A stretch of 64,000 bases of DNA from Basidiobolus meristosporus CBS 931.73. Taxonomy: Eukaryota; Fungi; Basidiobolomycota. Position numbers and translations under genes: made by a program. This document shows, in pieces, positions 40,872 through 52,805 of this stretch; the stretch's first letter is position 1; each line of letters opens with the position of its first letter. The notes beneath the pieces are model-generated. The model was not told the origin of the DNA. It made no database searches and saw only the letters and a program-made list of their open reading frames with translations. The stretch is taken from positions 31,519 through 95,518 of the forward strand of contig MCFE01000321.1 of assembly GCA_002104905.1 (NCBI GenBank). Reading direction: 5' to 3'.

Positions 40872-41783
40872 ATGACCAGAATCACGAAACTATACAGGAA
40901 GACACATGAAGAAGCCTCCGGCTTCAAGGTAACCCCTTTGCTACCCAAGTCAAAGCAGAAGCGTACTGGTGACGCGGGGGACTCCAACTCGGAGAAAAGG
41001 CCAAGGCTCACCAAGGAGCAAAGACGGGAGAAATTTAGCACCGGAGGTATGTGTGAAAGGCGATTTCGAAGAGAGACATCATTTCTGAGCTCGAAGCAAT
41101 TCTAGGGTCTGAACGTTCGGAGTCGAGACGTCTTCGCCGAATTCGCGAGCGTAATTCCAAGCTTGTACGACCTTTTCACCACAACGCTCTCGGCTCTCCA
41201 TAAGACTAAACCAAGGATTTTCCTTCTGTAGACTTGCTTTGTTTGTAGACAGACTGGGCACGCTGCTAAAGATTGCCCTAAAGCCGACGATACTGGTGTT
41301 GGAGTGTGCTATAACTGCGGCTCTACAGAGCATACCTCCAAGGAATGCCGCAAGCCCGTCAATGGTTAGAAAACGTGGCACATCGTATGCCTGAGCGTAA
41401 CTAACCGTCTCTTGGATATAGGGAATCCATTCGCCTATGCCACCTGCTTTATTTGCAACTCTCAAGGACATCTCGCGTCCAGATGCCCTCAGAATCAAAA
41501 GGGGCTATATCCCAATGGTGGTGGGTGCCGGTATTGTGGCTCGATCAACCACTTGGCCAAAGATTGCCGCCCTACCCGCAACTCAGGTAAGTCACAGCGC
41601 TCTTTCCAAAATCCATCCCTTGGCTAACAACCTATTCCAGAGAACATGACCACCATTGGAAAAATCGATCTGGAACAGGGAGGTGATGATGACGATGTAT
41701 TTGTCGCGCTGCATAAAATCCAGAAGGAAAAATCCCAGCAAAAGCCGGCGGCCAAACCCAAGAAAAAAGTTGTTACTTTCTAA
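40872..41783 (+). CDS. CCHC zinc-knuckle protein, ZCCHC9-like
   Basis: Several CxxCxxxxHxxxxC knuckles (CFICNSQGHLASRC, CRYCGSINHLAKDC), YPNGGGC, C-terminal KKKVVTF*. Confidence 0.82.
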
Positions 41784-41957
41784 GACCCAGAACTCCACCA
41801 TTTAGACTGTACAAATAATAAAGTTCTTTCCAAATGTTAATTGGGAGGCATTTGTTGCATATTTGTTTTAAAAGCACGTGCTTGTTCTTCAGTGTGCATA
41901 TATGCTTCAAGTTATAAGCGACGGAACTTGAGAATGCTGCTGATTGTATCTGACCAT

Positions 41958-42683
41958 ATGTCGCGTATCCGGGTACTGCTAGCGTTGCTACTTTTCAAGG
42001 GGGTGGCTGCCCATATGGCTATGGTCGAGCCTGCTCCACGAAGGTCAGAGTTTAACCCATATTTTCGGCAAAGTAACGATGTAGACTACGATATAACATC
42101 CCCGCTGGACAGCCAGGTAAACTTCCCCCTCACTCTTGCTGTCGCGCGCGCTTGCTAATTCCGTATCCACCAACAGAGACCATACCCTTGCCAAGGTGCT
42201 CCCAGCAGTCGACCAATAGCCACATACCAAGCAGGACGCACGATCCCGGTTCGAGTAGGAGGTGATGCTCCACACGATGGTGGCCACTGTCAATTTGCAT
42301 TATCGTATGACGGAGGCCGAACTTTCGTGGTCATCCAGACTGTCCTTGATACGTGCCTGTTGAATAGGAACCAGTTTTCAGTGCCACTACCTGTGGATAC
42401 ACCAAGCGGAACGAGGGTCATATTTGCATGGACATGGATCAACAAGACTGGTGATCGCCAATATTACATGAACTGCGCAGACATCAACATTAATGGGAAG
42501 AAGAGCGGAGGGAAAATCACTGGGCCAAGGCTATTGGTCGCAAATTACGGCAATTACCCAACAATCCCCGAATGGCCTGATCCGGAATGGCAAGGGCGCA
42601 AACACTTTCAGGCCAGACAAACAATCACCGTCCATGGTCCCGTCACTGAGAATGAAGGGGAGGATAGCGACGAGGATGACTAG
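41958..42683 (+). CDS. Secreted AA11-like lytic polysaccharide monooxygenase (one intron)
   Basis: 18-aa signal peptide followed by His1 (HMAMVEPAPR), APHDGGHCQFALSYD, WTWINKTGDRQYYMNCAD. Confidence 0.85.
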
Positions 42684-42841
42684 TGGTCGGAGATCAATTG
42701 AATCATACTCGTTTTCATGAGATTCGCAAAATTCCCTTTACAATCTAAGTTTTGATCCCCTTCACGATTCCAAATATAATAAATTTTGGTTGATTTCAAT
42801 TCGTGTAGCAGTCAAATTTTGGTCGATTTGTTGCTTGAACA

Positions 42842-44734
42842 ATGGTACTTTGGTTGAACCACAGTCGGCTAGTAGTGTTGAAAAATGTCTCGCATATTCG
42901 GCCTTTCCAACCAACTACCTCCATCCGATGTCTCTCTCGGTCTACCAGCATTCTACAAAGCATCCCCTCGAAGATAACAGGCGCCGAAAATCTGGAGCGC
43001 TTTCTGTCGGAGAAAAACTGGGAAAAGTCCTGGAAGGAGTTCAGTAGACTCTCGGGAAGTGGACGAGAGATTCCGTTGAGTACTCGGCAATTTGCCCGAC
43101 TCCTTCAGCTGGCAACTAAGCAAAATTCAGCCGAAAGCGAGGCTTTTGGGGCAAAGGTGATCGAAACGATGAGAGAACGTAAGATCACCTGCAGTCATGG
43201 AGAAGAGTACAGTGCATTGATTTTGTACTACGGAAAATACGGACGCTTCAAGGAGTTAAAATTGGTGCTCAACGAGATGAAGGAAAAAAACCTCCCCAAG
43301 GACATACATGTCTATAACGCACTAATCGAAGCCTTTGGTCGCATTAGTTCCTCACAAACATACGGAGTGTACCGATTGCTGCAGCAGGAATCAGTCGCCC
43401 CCAATAGACACACTTTCGAGGCTCTTATCCAAGTTGCTGATACCCACAACGACACGATATTGCTTACGAAGGCCTACGACGAACAAAAAAAATACTTGAC
43501 AAACCCGGATGCTTCTTGGAATACCCTCCTGATGAATATTTGCTTGAAGAGAGCCGATCCGGAGCTGGGGCTGAAGCTCTTCAAAGATATGCGGCTGCAT
43601 TCATTCCCTCCTGAATCGCCAGTATTTCCCTCTTTCATAGAGATGCTTCTTGAGCAAGGGAAAGGGGTGGACATTCACCAGAGTTTGATCCAACAAGATA
43701 TGCCAACCAATCCTGCAATGTTAGATACAATGCTCGACGTGTTCTCAAAGCATGGCATGCATCCACAGGCTGTCGACATTCTGAACAGTATGCTTGCTAG
43801 CAATTCCACGCCATCGCCAGAAAGATGCAGCAAATTCCTCCAGGAATTGTGTAAAACCTCGGACGTGCAGCAGGTCACTCGTGTCCTCGAAGCAATGGAG
43901 AATAAGAACGTCGCGTTATCCAACGATACTTACCTACGAATATTCAAGAGATGCTTGGCAGATCCCACGAGTCTCGAGCGGAATAGTGAGATTTACCAGA
44001 AGATGGCACGCCAAGGAATCAAGGTAGAAGCACAAGATGTGGAGAGGATGATTAGCCAGTGTTCGAGGCTACCCACGACTGGCCAAACCATTGAGCTGTA
44101 CGGGGCAATTGCTGCACAGAAAATCCCCCTAAGCCCTGAGGCTCAGCAAACGATTGCTGCGGTACTTTCGAGCAGTGGTAGGTCGACTGCGGAATATAGA
44201 ACTTTGATCATCAACAGTTCGAAAAAGAGAGAGTTCAAGCAGGCGATCGAGCTGTTCGAAGAGATGGTATCCAAGAATGTCCAACCAGACCAATATATTT
44301 ACACCATGGCTATGAACTGCTACAGCCATTGCGGCAACGGAGAGAAAGTGCTTGAGCTGTGGAAGATCGTCCGAGGCCTGGCCCTTCCCCAGAAAGCCAA
44401 AAACATATCGGTCTCCATATTGCTGGACTCATGTGGGTTGAACTCGAGTTTCGATACGCTCCAGAGGACCTGGGAGGCCCTCAGGGCTTCGAAGTTCCCG
44501 TTGGATGAAAACAACTTCACGTCGTATATTGAGGCTTTGTGCAAGCATGGCAAGTACGCCGAGGCAAGGAGAGTGTTCCAAGAAGAGATTGAGGAAGCAG
44601 GCCTACAATTAAGCTACAAGACATGTGAAACAGTGATTACCCAATTCAAGATGAGCAAGCATCGCCACGAATTCCACAAACTTTTCAACTATATCCAAGC
44701 CAAGCACCCAGAATACTTCGCACTGAAATTGTGA
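42842..44734 (+). CDS. Pentatricopeptide repeat protein, probably mitochondrial, single exon
   Basis: 630 aa with repeated PPR units (YNALIEAF, WNTLLMNIC, YTMAMNCYSHCG, FTSYIEALCKHG). Arg/Ser-rich N-terminus. Confidence 0.88.
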   Translation: MVLWLNHSRLVVLKNVSHIRPFQPTTSIRCLSRSTSILQSIPSKITGAENLERFLSEKNWEKSWKEFSRLSGSGREIPLSTRQFARLLQLATKQNSAESEAFGAKVIETMRERKITCSHGEEYSALILYYGKYGRFKELKLVLNEMKEKNLPKDIHVYNALIEAFGRISSSQTYGVYRLLQQESVAPNRHTFEALIQVADTHNDTILLTKAYDEQKKYLTNPDASWNTLLMNICLKRADPELGLKLFKDMRLHSFPPESPVFPSFIEMLLEQGKGVDIHQSLIQQDMPTNPAMLDTMLDVFSKHGMHPQAVDILNSMLASNSTPSPERCSKFLQELCKTSDVQQVTRVLEAMENKNVALSNDTYLRIFKRCLADPTSLERNSEIYQKMARQGIKVEAQDVERMISQCSRLPTTGQTIELYGAIAAQKIPLSPEAQQTIAAVLSSSGRSTAEYRTLIINSSKKREFKQAIELFEEMVSKNVQPDQYIYTMAMNCYSHCGNGEKVLELWKIVRGLALPQKAKNISVSILLDSCGLNSSFDTLQRTWEALRASKFPLDENNFTSYIEALCKHGKYAEARRVFQEEIEEAGLQLSYKTCETVITQFKMSKHRHEFHKLFNYIQAKHPEYFALKL

Positions 44735-44842
44735 TTAAAGAGGCCCGTTTCTAGATTTATTCTCTGGTTTATTGATGCGGTTTAGTTGTTAGCAGATTAT
44801 TGCTCGGTTCACGGCAAAATGTACAGTTTAGTGTTTCGAAGG

Positions 44843-45286
44843 TTAGAACAGACGGGTGAACTTGGAGCTTTGCCTCTTTCGTGAGCGAAGGAAGCGTGGA
44901 AAGCTATGTCGCATCATGATCTCAGTTACTTCTACGATGGCCTCGTCGAAAATCGTTCGGTCTATCTGCTCGTCTAGAATTCGAAGGGTGATCTGCTTGA
45001 CCACCGAATCGCCGACGTTGACTTGCAGTGCAGCGCCCGGCACAATGAAAGTCTCGTATATCGCTAGCACTTCTTCCCTGAGATGGCGTATGGTGAGCAG
45101 CTTTGCTCTCTGACAGCGCTCGAAAAACAACGGATTCTCAACACTGAACTCTTGTACCGCGAAGTCCTTGAACAGCTCGAAAAGCATAGGGTCTTCTACC
45201 ACGTCGTAGAAGCCCAACTGACCTTTATCTAAGCTCCGTTGGTTACGAGTGTTCCTATAAACTCTGATTAGGGGTAAGTTTATCAT
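44843..45286 (-). CDS. Stand-alone RGS-domain protein
   Basis: LFKDFAVQEFSVENPLFF...IYETFIVPGAALQVNV...IFDEAIVEVTEIMMRHSFPRFL fits the RGS consensus. Confidence 0.8.
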   Translation of the reverse strand: MINLPLIRVYRNTRNQRSLDKGQLGFYDVVEDPMLFELFKDFAVQEFSVENPLFFERCQRAKLLTIRHLREEVLAIYETFIVPGAALQVNVGDSVVKQITLRILDEQIDRTIFDEAIVEVTEIMMRHSFPRFLRSRKRQSSKFTRLF

Positions 45287-45565
45287 GAAGGGCCATCAAA
45301 GACTACAAAAGTGGAAGATGTGATTTAAATGGAACCGACGCAAAATGCTCCTCATAAATAAGTGCCTGGCCTTGCACCAATAAGCAGATTATCGTCACGA
45401 TCGCCACCCTCAGCTGTACCGAGGCTGAGCTCAAGAAGCGTCCAAAAATTCAATGCATGCTTCAAAAGTCAACGGCAACCTCGCTTGATGGATGTATCCG
45501 GATGTGTAGGGACATCAGAGTGTATATGCGCATCTCCTTGATGTACGGCTCTGCAGCCCTGCCTT

Positions 45566-45657
45566 CACACAAATGGCTAGTCTTTGCTCTCACATAAATG
45601 GCCAGTCTTTGCCCTCACACAACTGGCTAGTCTTTGCCCTCACATAAATGGCTAGTC
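45566..45657. repeat. 25-bp minisatellite x3.6
   Basis: acacaaatggctagtctttgctctc units start at 45567, 45592, 45617 and 45642. Confidence 0.9.
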
Positions 45658-45956
45658 CTAGATGCTGGATCTGTCTATTCTCGCCACTAGCTAGCCTTAG
45701 ATGATGAATAGGAACTGCTATACCTATTTCCATCGTTTTGGCTAGCATATTGACCAACATGTAGGCGTATACTTATTTCCATTGATTTAACTTTATATTT
45801 AGCTTCAATAAAATCGTTCCCTATCAGGCGAATGGTCGATGGATTGTTCGATTGAACGGATGTTGAATGGATATGGTTTATCTCTAACTGTGCTACCCAT
45901 CATATATATCGGGCTTTTTGCCTTTGAATCCAGGTTTTTGTTTTCCTTCGCGTGTA

Positions 45957-46496
45957 ATGAGTGTAGACGAGCCCTCCGCCACTAATCACCAGAGCAGAAT
46001 TGAATGCTTGCGGAAGCGAAGAGAGACCCTCATCGCAAGATTTCGGATATTGATTCGGATTTCCCTGATGTTTGTCATATTAACGCTGGTGTTCGGTGTA
46101 CGCACTCTGCATCTACCGTGGTGGTTGATTCTTGTCCCTGTAGGGCTCATGGTAGTCAACTTCGGGCTCATCATTGTAAGTTGCATTTCCGAGTTTACGA
46201 GTGGCGGCCGTTACTTAACTTTCACTTCTTAGGCTGTGCGAGGCCAGATTCGCTCTGTCAACGCGGAGGAGGTATTTTTGATACAATCCTTACCGAGAAT
46301 CGAAGTGGCTCGCCCCAGGCAACCTATTGCTACCACGCTACAATCACCTCCTCCGACTTACGCAGCAGCAGCTGCAGAGCCGCCTGCTTATATAAACCCT
46401 CTAAAATCCCCCAGCTATGTATCACTAGTGCCTACACACACCGAGTTAGAGGCTCCGTCTAATCCTCATGATTCTGTCAGTATAGAGATGCCATAG
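45957..46496 (+). CDS. Small two-TM membrane protein with PPxY motifs (one intron)
   Basis: Two hydrophobic helices, a GT-AG intron at ~46177-46232, and a cytosolic tail with PPTY and PPAY. Confidence 0.65.
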
Positions 46497-46607
46497 GCGC
46501 TCCATTAGACGAGCGAGCTTCACCCATAGTTTATATATGTACATAAAGAGTAGTCATTTCCCACCTTCATTTCCCACCTCACCAAACTATTTCCCGATGA
46601 TTGTATC

Positions 46608-49600
46608 ATGTCGGGAAACATGCAAAATATCGATGTCTGTGTGATACGGTTTAACTCCAATTAAAGGAGTAAAAAAGGGATATCGAGGGCTTAGCACCTA
46701 CCACTCAAACAGCCCAGTTGTCTCGACAGCATCGGCATATGCCAGAGAAATGAGCTCCATACGTGCGATACTTAAAAAGCGTAGGCCAGCCTTTCAGGTC
46801 ACAATCTAGAGTTCACCTTGCCAACTTGGTTGTCAACGTAGGTTTTTTGGAAGCCATCAGAGGGCCAAACGGAGCCACAACATGGAAAGTTTTGGTAACC
46901 GATCCCTATTCAGCCCACTTGCTGTCCAGTTCCTGCAAGATGTTCGACATCTTGGAGGAGAAAGTCACTTGTAAGCCTTCGACTTAGTAAGCCTGCTGCA
47001 GCGCGTACTCACTGCTTTCCATTACAACAAGTGCTCGAAAATATCGAGTTCAATCGGCAGGCCTTCCCGGATTTGGAGGCGGTCTACTTGTTGACGCCAA
47101 CCTTTGAATCGGTCTTTAGGCTGTTGGAGGATTTCTGCACCAAGAAAGGGCCCATGTATGCTGCAGCTCACGTGTACTTTATTTCGGGTAAGGAGAACGA
47201 AATAACACGGAGAAGCATCTATTCGTAATAATAGTTGGACTTGCGTCTAGGTCTGGAGGAGCAAATGTTTGAGAAAATATCATCGTCTAGAGCGATGAAA
47301 TTTATCAAGACATTACAGGAGCTCTATGTGGATTTCATAGGTTTGAATTAGTCATGAGGAGATCCCATATGAACCTCCTAACCGCGTAGCTGTTAGGAAT
47401 GGAGTCTCGTGTCTTCTCCCTCGAGTCCCCCGCCTCTTTCTTCACTTTATTCTCACCCCAGTCCAACCGAAAATCTGCACTGGAGCTCCAAGATATCGCA
47501 CGCCGGGTACGAAGCCATCATCCCACCTTTCTGCAATCAACGATTCACACGTGTATTCAGCTTGTCTCCGTATGCGCTTCGCTGGATGAAAACCCCACCA
47601 TTCGCTACTTTTGCCCGGAAACGGAATCCAACAACACCGTCATATCGAGAAAGCTGGGAATGCTGCTGCAAGCAGAAATGGACGTATTCATGCAAGACAA
47701 CGGCAACTTTCCGGCAAGTGCTAGACCACAACTCAGCCGCGCTTCGGTGGAATACTAACGGGACGAGCTCTAGGTGAAGAAAGACCAACCAAAAAGTCAG
47801 CTCTTGGTACTTGATCGAACCATAGACATGATGAGTCCATTTCTGCACGAATTCACCTATCAAGCCATGAACAACGACTTGCTCGACATTGCGGACGGGG
47901 TGAATTACAAGTAATGCCAAGTAATGCCTTGTCCATCCTAACCAATATTCGAGCCCTAACCAAGCCCCATGCAGATTCAAATACACCACTGGGACCGATG
48001 ACCAAGCGGAGAAGCAAGTTACATTGAATGAAGAGGACAAACTCTGGTCCGAGATTCGGCATAAACACATAGCAGAGTGTATCGAGCATGTCATCACAAA
48101 CTTCAAGTCCCTGATTGGCGACAACAAGGCCATTGCCAACCTAGGAACGAGGTATGTGGCTTCACGGGTTTTGCAAATCGACCTGCTCTGAGCTTCTCGT
48201 CAGCGGAGAAGCGGCGAATCTGAAGAAACTCAAGGATATCCTGACCTCGTTGCCGCAATTCCAAGAGCAGAAGGATCAGGTAATGCGGCGATCGGCCTTG
48301 GGGGTTCAAGTCACTAACACTGGTGAATGTTTAGTACTCCATCCACCTGAATATTGCTCAGGAGTGTATGAGTATCTTTGATAAGCAAAACCTCACTGCG
48401 GTCGCGGGAGTAGAGCAGGTAATCTATAGTCGGTATGGTGTGGGAATCTCCACTAGAATGCACCCATCTAGGACATGGCAACATGGACCAGTGCCGAGGG
48501 AGAGCCAAGCAAAAGGGTGGTCGTCGACATGGTCCCACTGTTGGACAACCCAGCCATCAGGTACTCAGGAATTCCCTAACCCTGGCTATGGAGGTCAAAC
48601 TGACGCATCTCCTAGCCACGAAAACAAGCTCCGATTACTTCTCCTGTATGTTGTTTTCCGTGGAGGAGTAAAAGAAGAGGATCGAAGAAGGCTGCAAATC
48701 CATGCGCAATTGAAGCCAGACGACCTGGAGATCCTAGGCAATTTGCCGTTGCTTGGAGTGCCGTTAAACAGGGTAGAGAACCGAGATCCCCATCTTTAAA
48801 TTAGTCATGCTAACACGACATATCATCCCAGGTTCCAAAGACCCCCCAGGAAAGAGCGAATCGAAAAATCCGGTTCCTTCGGGGCAAAAAGCCTCCGGGA
48901 GACGGCGAAATGCCATATGAGCTTTCAAGATATGTCACAGTCATCAAGTCCATCATGGAGGTGAGCTTTTTCCATAGAGCTGGTTACGGAATTGACGATA
49001 TGAATGCATGTTCAGAGTTTAATCAAAGGTGACCTCGATACAACGCTATTTCCTTATGTGAGAGTGCCCGAAGATATGCGCGCGTTCCAGGAAACGAAAT
49101 TCTCGGCCACCTCTTTACGAAGGTAACTGACAGCCGATAGGAATTACTTGAGAGTTGGTGTTGATTTTCCTCATAAAAGCAACAAATCAAACTGGCAGCA
49201 AAGTAGTGTTGGTTCACGGCCAGAGGTGATCTATCTCAGCCAGCTTCACAAATAGTCTTCGTACTAATGAAGCTACCAGGAGAACAGCTACGGCCTAACC
49301 GGGAAGCTCATCATATTTGTCGCAGGAGGGATCACCTACTCTGAAATTAGGTCGGCCTACGAGGTTGCGAAGACTCTTCAGCGAGATGTTTATATAGGTA
49401 GCTTGTTGTCCGCGTTGAAAGTTTGCTCGTCGGCTTAACTTTGGTGGCTATTTAGGCAGCACCCATATCATTACCCCAAAAAGCTTTCTGAAAGACCTTG
49501 GTGCTCTTCGTAATCCACCCAGCCCTGAGCCAAGAAAGCTTAGCACCGGAGATTTGAAAATCAGTCCCGACATTCCTTCAGTCGCGAAAGCTCCGGCAAC

Positions 49601-49760
49601 TCCTGAAGCACCACAGGAGATACAGGTCAACGAGAATCCCCCAACAACAGGCTCGGGCAAAATCAAAGCCCCCGGAGCGGAAAAGAAGGCAGGAAAGAAG
49701 ATTCTGACGAAACTTCGGTTGCAAGGACGCAAAGAGCCAACTCCACAGCTACGGCCATGA
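46608..49760 (+). CDS. SEC1: Sec1/Munc18 family SM protein, many introns; start approximate
   Basis: WKVLVTD, RQAFPDLEAVYLLTP, LVLDRTIDMMSPFLHEFTYQAM..DLL, YELSRY, LIIFVAGGITYSEIRSAYEV. Confidence 0.92.
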
Positions 49761-50194
49761 TCCGATATAGTGATGTACATCAATCCACTTCGATGTGATC
49801 GACCCACTCGTTTTCTGTAGGAATCAAGCAAATACGCACACGCTACAAATGGGGCTTAGTTGCACCGTTCCGATCACTCGTCTCTAGAGATTTGTGCTAA
49901 ATAAACAATTGATTGGCAGTTACACTGATGCTAAACAATCGATTGGCAGTTACATTGATGTGCATACCGTAATCAACATGAAATCGATCTTGCGGTTAGC
50001 GTTACTTTGTCTTACATCTCACACCGCGTCACTTAACCTTACATCTAATGTGGAGTCAAAATTGCTGATGTTTTCCCCGATGTTTGACGATGTACATCCC
50101 AGTCCCACCGTCTCTATTGTTTAGGCGATTTCATCAGTTAAAACTCAGCGCCACCTCTCACTTTCCATGAACTATCTCCTCCTCTCAACCCCCC

Positions 50195-50890
50195 ATGAAA
50201 GAGCTGCTTGTTCCCAGTCCAATAAGATACTTCGCCAAATCTCCGAACACATGCCGCCAACTCCGAGGCAGGCTGATAGGTATGCTCAGTCCACACCCAG
50301 TCCACACCCAGTCCACACCCAGTCCTTTACCACTCAGGTATTGCCATCCAAGAGAATAATCCTGTCTTACTTCATTCGTAGATGTTGCGGAGGACATGAT
50401 TAACCACCTGTTCAAGTGCGACGACACCCGCACAAACGAACTCCACCAGCTGCCGAAACTTTCCGAATTCATCGACTCCGTGGTACGGCGCACGAACACG
50501 AGCTGGTCAAGCATACTGATAGCATTGACCTATTTGATCCGACTGAAACAAAAGCATCCTGGATGCAAAGGAACCTATGGGTCAGGTCATCGGCTCCTAC
50601 TGGCGTCCATCATGGTTGCCACGAAATACCTCAACGATGATGCGTACTACAACAAGACCTGGGCATCGGTGTGCAACGGGATATTCACGATCCAAGAGAT
50701 CAACAAGATGGAGATGGAGCTGCTGTTTTTCTTGGATTTCAAACTGTATGTCTCCGTGGAGTGTTGGTCGGAGTTGGTCGGTCGCATGGACGACAGGCTG
50801 CATACCGTCTGGCCTTACATCAAGCATTCCTCGGTGGAACTTGAATGTAGACAGCTTCCGACAAACCTTCTTCCATCCGGTCTAACCTAA
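50195..50890 (+). CDS. PHO80/Pcl-family cyclin (one intron 50280-50381)
   Basis: LPKLSEFI...ILIALTYLIRLKQKHPGCKGTYGSGHRLLLASIMVATKYLNDDAYYNKTWA. The spliced frame starts MKELLVPSP. Confidence 0.9.
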
Positions 50891-51008
50891 TCCAATCTCC
50901 CTCTCTTCAACTCATTCATGTATGTATTTTTCATCCTAATCTGTCTGCGTGGAATAAAAGCTTTTCTGAGTAGTTTGTTTGTTTTACTTATTATGTGCGA
51001 ACAATTGC

Positions 51009-51646
51009 TCAATCCAATCGACTAGACACACATAGAGTGACCCCAACCACAACCAACGCCATCCCTAGACAATCTGAGCCGAGCATTAGTCCAGCGTTAA
51101 CCAAGACCCAAAGGAAACCACATTCTACCTCGTCTGCTGACTTTCTCTCCCAAAAGGTATCCGGCAAAGGTTGTAAATATAAAGGTCAGGGAATTCGTAA
51201 TCGGCACAGCCAACGATAAATCTCGAAAACACCGTGTGAGCTAAACGGGACGTGGGTTTAATGCTGGTGAGCTTGAAAACATACCTGCTTTTCCCAGCGT
51301 GTAATAATATACAACAGAGCCGCTGAGATTGATAGCCAAAGGCAGAACGTACTGAGCGAATGGGAGCTTAGAATCAAATAAATCCCAGACATATAGCACT
51401 GTGAATCAAATTTACCTGCCAACGAGTGATGAGGAACCAAATCTCTGCCAAGGTTTGCTTTATGAAGCTATCTTTTCGAAGCTTCTCCAATCCTTCGGAG
51501 CCACGCTTGATAAAGGGATTGGTGAAGCCCCAGCACATCGCAACTAAGAAGAAGCCAAAAGCATTCTCTACAGTGAAGGGATGATAAGTCTGTTGTTTCG
51601 CTCTGCACAAGGTAAGCCACCTACCTATAATGTTACTATTATTCAT
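51009..51646 (-). CDS. TMEM234: TMEM234-family small membrane protein (4 introns)
   Basis: LVAMCWGFTNPFIKRG, YVLPLAINLSGSVVYYYTL, LSLAVPITNSLTFIFT. Confidence 0.88.
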
Positions 51647-51824
51647 GCTTGTCTGAAAGGGCTAACTAGCTAAGGCAAATGGTCAAAGGTACTCCCCTCC
51701 ACTGACCCATGTATCATAATAACGAATCACGAACAGATTCAAGTATTTAATATTCAGGAATATAAAACAGCGGCAATACAATCTACTGGAATGGAATATA
51801 CAAAAGCCATCTATAATCACACTA

Positions 51825-52805
51825 TTACTTGGGAGTACCAAAAACCGATTGAGGCAACAATGACCACATCTGTGGGAGTACTGGCATACTGAGACGCTTA
51901 TGTACCGTTTCAACTATGGGGTATCGAGGTACAGCAGCCTTGTCTATGGGTTTCCTACGAGCAACCGGGAATCTTTGGGGATCGAGTGTTAGCGACTCGC
52001 CCATCCCGGATTTCCTGTAGGATTCGTGATGGATATCCATCTTTTGAAGTCGACCGCATACATTCTCTAGCAACTGGTCAGTGGGGTTCGGCTTCCCCGA
52101 TTTCTGCCAGCTCTGGGCCACCTTTTTGTCCATCAGCTGAACAAAGTCCCCCCATTGCTCGGTATTGATGTGCAGCTTGAAATTTAAGAAATACAGCAGC
52201 TCGAACTCCATCTGGTTGATTTCTTCTATACTAAACGCCCCGTTACTTACCATCGCCCACGTCTTGTTATAGTATGCATCATCGTATAGATACTTCGTGG
52301 CCACTATGATGGCCGCCAGCAATAGCCGATGTCCAGATCCGTGGGTTCCCTTACACCCGGGGTGTCGCTGCTTTAGTCGGATCAGATACATGAGTGCAAC
52401 CAATATCGTGGAATGTCCAATATTCAGACGCCTAACAATTCTCCATATAAATTCGGAGAGCTTCGGAAGAGTCTCGTGCTCGGTGCTGTCCGCTTTAGGC
52501 TCGCCGCACTGAAATAACGTGTTGATGATCCTCCCAGCGATATCTAAGCAACATGTAGGATAAGCCGACCATTCCACAGTGTGCATGTTATTTCCTCGCC
52601 TGTAGAAACACATACCTATCAATTCCATACGGAGGTGCGTATTGAATTGTTCACTTGAACGCAAGCCACTCGATTTATTCAATAAAACTCGGTTGATGAC
52701 CTTTCGAAGTTCATTTGCGGAATGCGAAGAGTGAAGCCTCTGGCCCTGCAGTCTGCTGTTGCCCAGAGCATTCTGAGGCAGGCGTGGGGATTGTTGAGTT
52801 TTCAT
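51825..52805 (-). CDS. Second PHO80/Pcl-family cyclin, paralog of 50195-50890
   Basis: LPKLSEFI...RLKQRHPGCKGTHGSGHRLLLAAIIVATKYLYDDAYYNKTWA. Same intron position (52544-52615). Confidence 0.9.
   Translation of the reverse strand: MKTQQSPRLPQNALGNSRLQGQRLHSSHSANELRKVINRVLLNKSSGLRSSEQFNTHLRMELIGMCFYRRGNNMHTVEWSAYPTCCLDIAGRIINTLFQCGEPKADSTEHETLPKLSEFIWRIVRRLNIGHSTILVALMYLIRLKQRHPGCKGTHGSGHRLLLAAIIVATKYLYDDAYYNKTWAMVSNGAFSIEEINQMEFELLYFLNFKLHINTEQWGDFVQLMDKKVAQSWQKSGKPNPTDQLLENVCGRLQKMDIHHESYRKSGMGESLTLDPQRFPVARRKPIDKAAVPRYPIVETVHKRLSMPVLPQMWSLLPQSVFGTPK

Noticed and set aside
50167-50403. ORF-track start MNYLLL as exon 1 of the cyclin
   Set aside because: Wrong phase for the 50280-50381 intron. 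The ATG at 50195 gives the frame that matches the paralog.
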